Positions 25,472 through 26,939 of a DNA stretch of 26,939 nt are shown in pieces; position 1 is the stretch's first letter; the number at the start of each line of letters is the position of its first letter. The DNA lies in IMG/VR virus record IMGVR_UViG_3300007983_000016, positions 1 through 26,939 of that record; one strand, written 5' to 3'. The translations under genes were made by a program, and so were the position numbers. The DNA is from a virus (taxonomy: Duplodnaviria > Caudoviricetes). Under the pieces are notes generated by a model. It had not been told where the DNA came from. It saw only the letters and a program-made list of their open reading frames with translations, and made no database searches.

Positions 25472-26758
25472 ATGAATTTGAATAGACTTCAAGAAATGGT
25501 TGACACTCTAAATCAGTCGAACAGCAACAATGAAAAGAAAGAATCATTGAAGAATTTTTCTGATATGAAGCCAATTCTTTGGTGGGTATATAATCCCTAC
25601 AAGCAATTTCATATTACTTCAGCTAATTTGGAAAAGCGAAAGGATTTGATCGATGATGCCTGGAAAGATGTAAATTTAGAACTGTTGCTTCAGAATCTTT
25701 CTAATGAAAAGATTACTGGTCACTCTGCTCTTTCTGCAGTAAATGGTTTTATCTCAGGACACATAGAACACAAGGATCTTATTTACAAGATCATTGACAA
25801 GAATCTAGAAACCCGAGTCGATACTAAATCAATTAATAAAGTCTTTCCAAATCTGATTCCAGAATTCAGCGTAGCTTTAGCTAATACCTTCGATGATAAG
25901 ATTGCAGAAAAGATCGACTTTGAAAAAGAAACATACTACGCCTCGCACAAGTTGGATGGGGTTCGTTGTATTGCTCGTAAGGAAGGAAACGAAGTTAAGT
26001 TTCTATCTCGCAATGGAAAGGAGTTTTTGACTCTCGATAAGATTAGAGACGAGCTTCTATCGATTTTCGAAGGACAAGATATTGTTCTAGACGGAGAAAT
26101 CTGTCTAGTAGACGAAAACGGCAATGAAGACTTTCAAAGTGTAATGAAAGAAATTCGTAAGAAAAATTCAACGATTCAGAATCCTCTTTTCAATGTCTTT
26201 GATTTTCTAACACTAGAAGAATTTGATAATAAGGAATCAACCAGAAACCTAGTTCAGAGAGCTGAGGATCATCGCAGCAACCTCCAGTCAGCTTCCTATA
26301 TTAAGGTTATTGATCAAATAGAGATCGTTAACCAGGATCATCTAGCGACTCTCTCAGAGAAAGCTGAGTCACTTGGCTGGGAAGGATTGATTCTTAGAAA
26401 GAATACTACCTATAAGGGAAAGAGAAGCAATGATCTTCTAAAGGTAAAGAAGTTTCATGATGCGGAGTACGTTGTAGAAGATGTAGAAAGTGGGTTTATT
26501 CGATGGATTAATGAAGAAGGTAAGGAAGTTGAAGAAGAAATGCTGAGCCGAGTATTCATTAATCATAAGGGATATCGAGTAAGAGTGGGTAGTGGATTCA
26601 GTATGGAACAGCGACGAGCATTCTATGCTGATCCTTCTCTCATACTGGGAAAAACAATTACTGTTAAATACTTTCAAGAAAGTCAGAATCAAAGCGGAAA
26701 TCTTTCTCTACGATTTCCGACAATTAAGACTATTCACGGTTTGGAGAGAGAGGTATAA
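25472..26758 (+). CDS. lig: ATP-dependent DNA ligase
   Basis: KLDGVR, SRNGK, LDGEI, FNVFD, EGLILR, LLKVKK, VGSGFS and SLRFP. Confidence 0.95.
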   Translation: MNLNRLQEMVDTLNQSNSNNEKKESLKNFSDMKPILWWVYNPYKQFHITSANLEKRKDLIDDAWKDVNLELLLQNLSNEKITGHSALSAVNGFISGHIEHKDLIYKIIDKNLETRVDTKSINKVFPNLIPEFSVALANTFDDKIAEKIDFEKETYYASHKLDGVRCIARKEGNEVKFLSRNGKEFLTLDKIRDELLSIFEGQDIVLDGEICLVDENGNEDFQSVMKEIRKKNSTIQNPLFNVFDFLTLEEFDNKESTRNLVQRAEDHRSNLQSASYIKVIDQIEIVNQDHLATLSEKAESLGWEGLILRKNTTYKGKRSNDLLKVKKFHDAEYVVEDVESGFIRWINEEGKEVEEEMLSRVFINHKGYRVRVGSGFSMEQRRAFYADPSLILGKTITVKYFQESQNQSGNLSLRFPTIKTIHGLEREV

Positions 26759-26939
26759 TGTATATTGAAACCGAAGTATATTTTGAGCTTGATGAATTAG
26801 ATCAGGAAGAGATTAAAATGTATGCAATGGATAATTTTAACCTCGTCGAGGGAGTCGAAGAAGATAAAAACTATTGGGCTCTAGAGTTTCTCGAGAAGAC
26901 TAAGAAAGAAACTTCTCAGTGTGGTGAATGGATCAATAT
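26758..26939 (+). CDS. hypothetical protein, 5' part (runs off window end)
   Basis: TAATG overlap, GAGG SD, frame open to the window end. Confidence 0.6.
   Translation, partial: MYIETEVYFELDELDQEEIKMYAMDNFNLVEGVEEDKNYWALEFLEKTKKETSQCGEWIN

Noticed and set aside
1421-26692. Minus-strand ORFs in the track and the nested + ORF 12354-12536
   Set aside because: They are shadows of well-supported + strand genes and have no motifs or initiation signals.
1-26939. CRISPR array, inteins, integrase or transposase
   Set aside because: I saw no regularly spaced repeats. The polymerase, helicase, terminase and topoisomerase show no intein-sized inserts or splice motifs, and no recombinase motifs were recognised.

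Overview
An AT-rich, densely packed segment of a large dsDNA (tailed) phage genome. Every credible gene is on the + strand. It holds a DNA replication/metabolism module: family A DNA polymerase, T4-type topoisomerase II (two subunits), DnaC-like loader, DnaB-like helicase, DnaX-like clamp loader, primase, ATP-dependent DNA ligase and two deaminases. It also carries a large terminase, a sigma-like factor, RNA-repair enzymes, tRNA-Cys(GCA) and tRNA-Arg(UCU). Three features stand out. (1) Two unrelated phosphoesterase genes are each interrupted inside their first metal-binding motif by a non-coding gap (47 nt and 7 nt). Both gaps start with TAGCT and follow a long stem-loop that closes on the last sense codon. 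They are candidates for T4 gene 60-like programmed ribosomal bypassing, and one sits in an HNH endonuclease cassette that duplicates the host gene's 5' end. (2) A 105-nt tmRNA-like gene has an intact tRNA-like domain but no room for an mRNA-like domain. (3) Many core genes have a -10 box exactly 6 nt before the start codon, implying leaderless mRNAs. All calls come from reading motifs by eye; no database searches or folding calculations were run.
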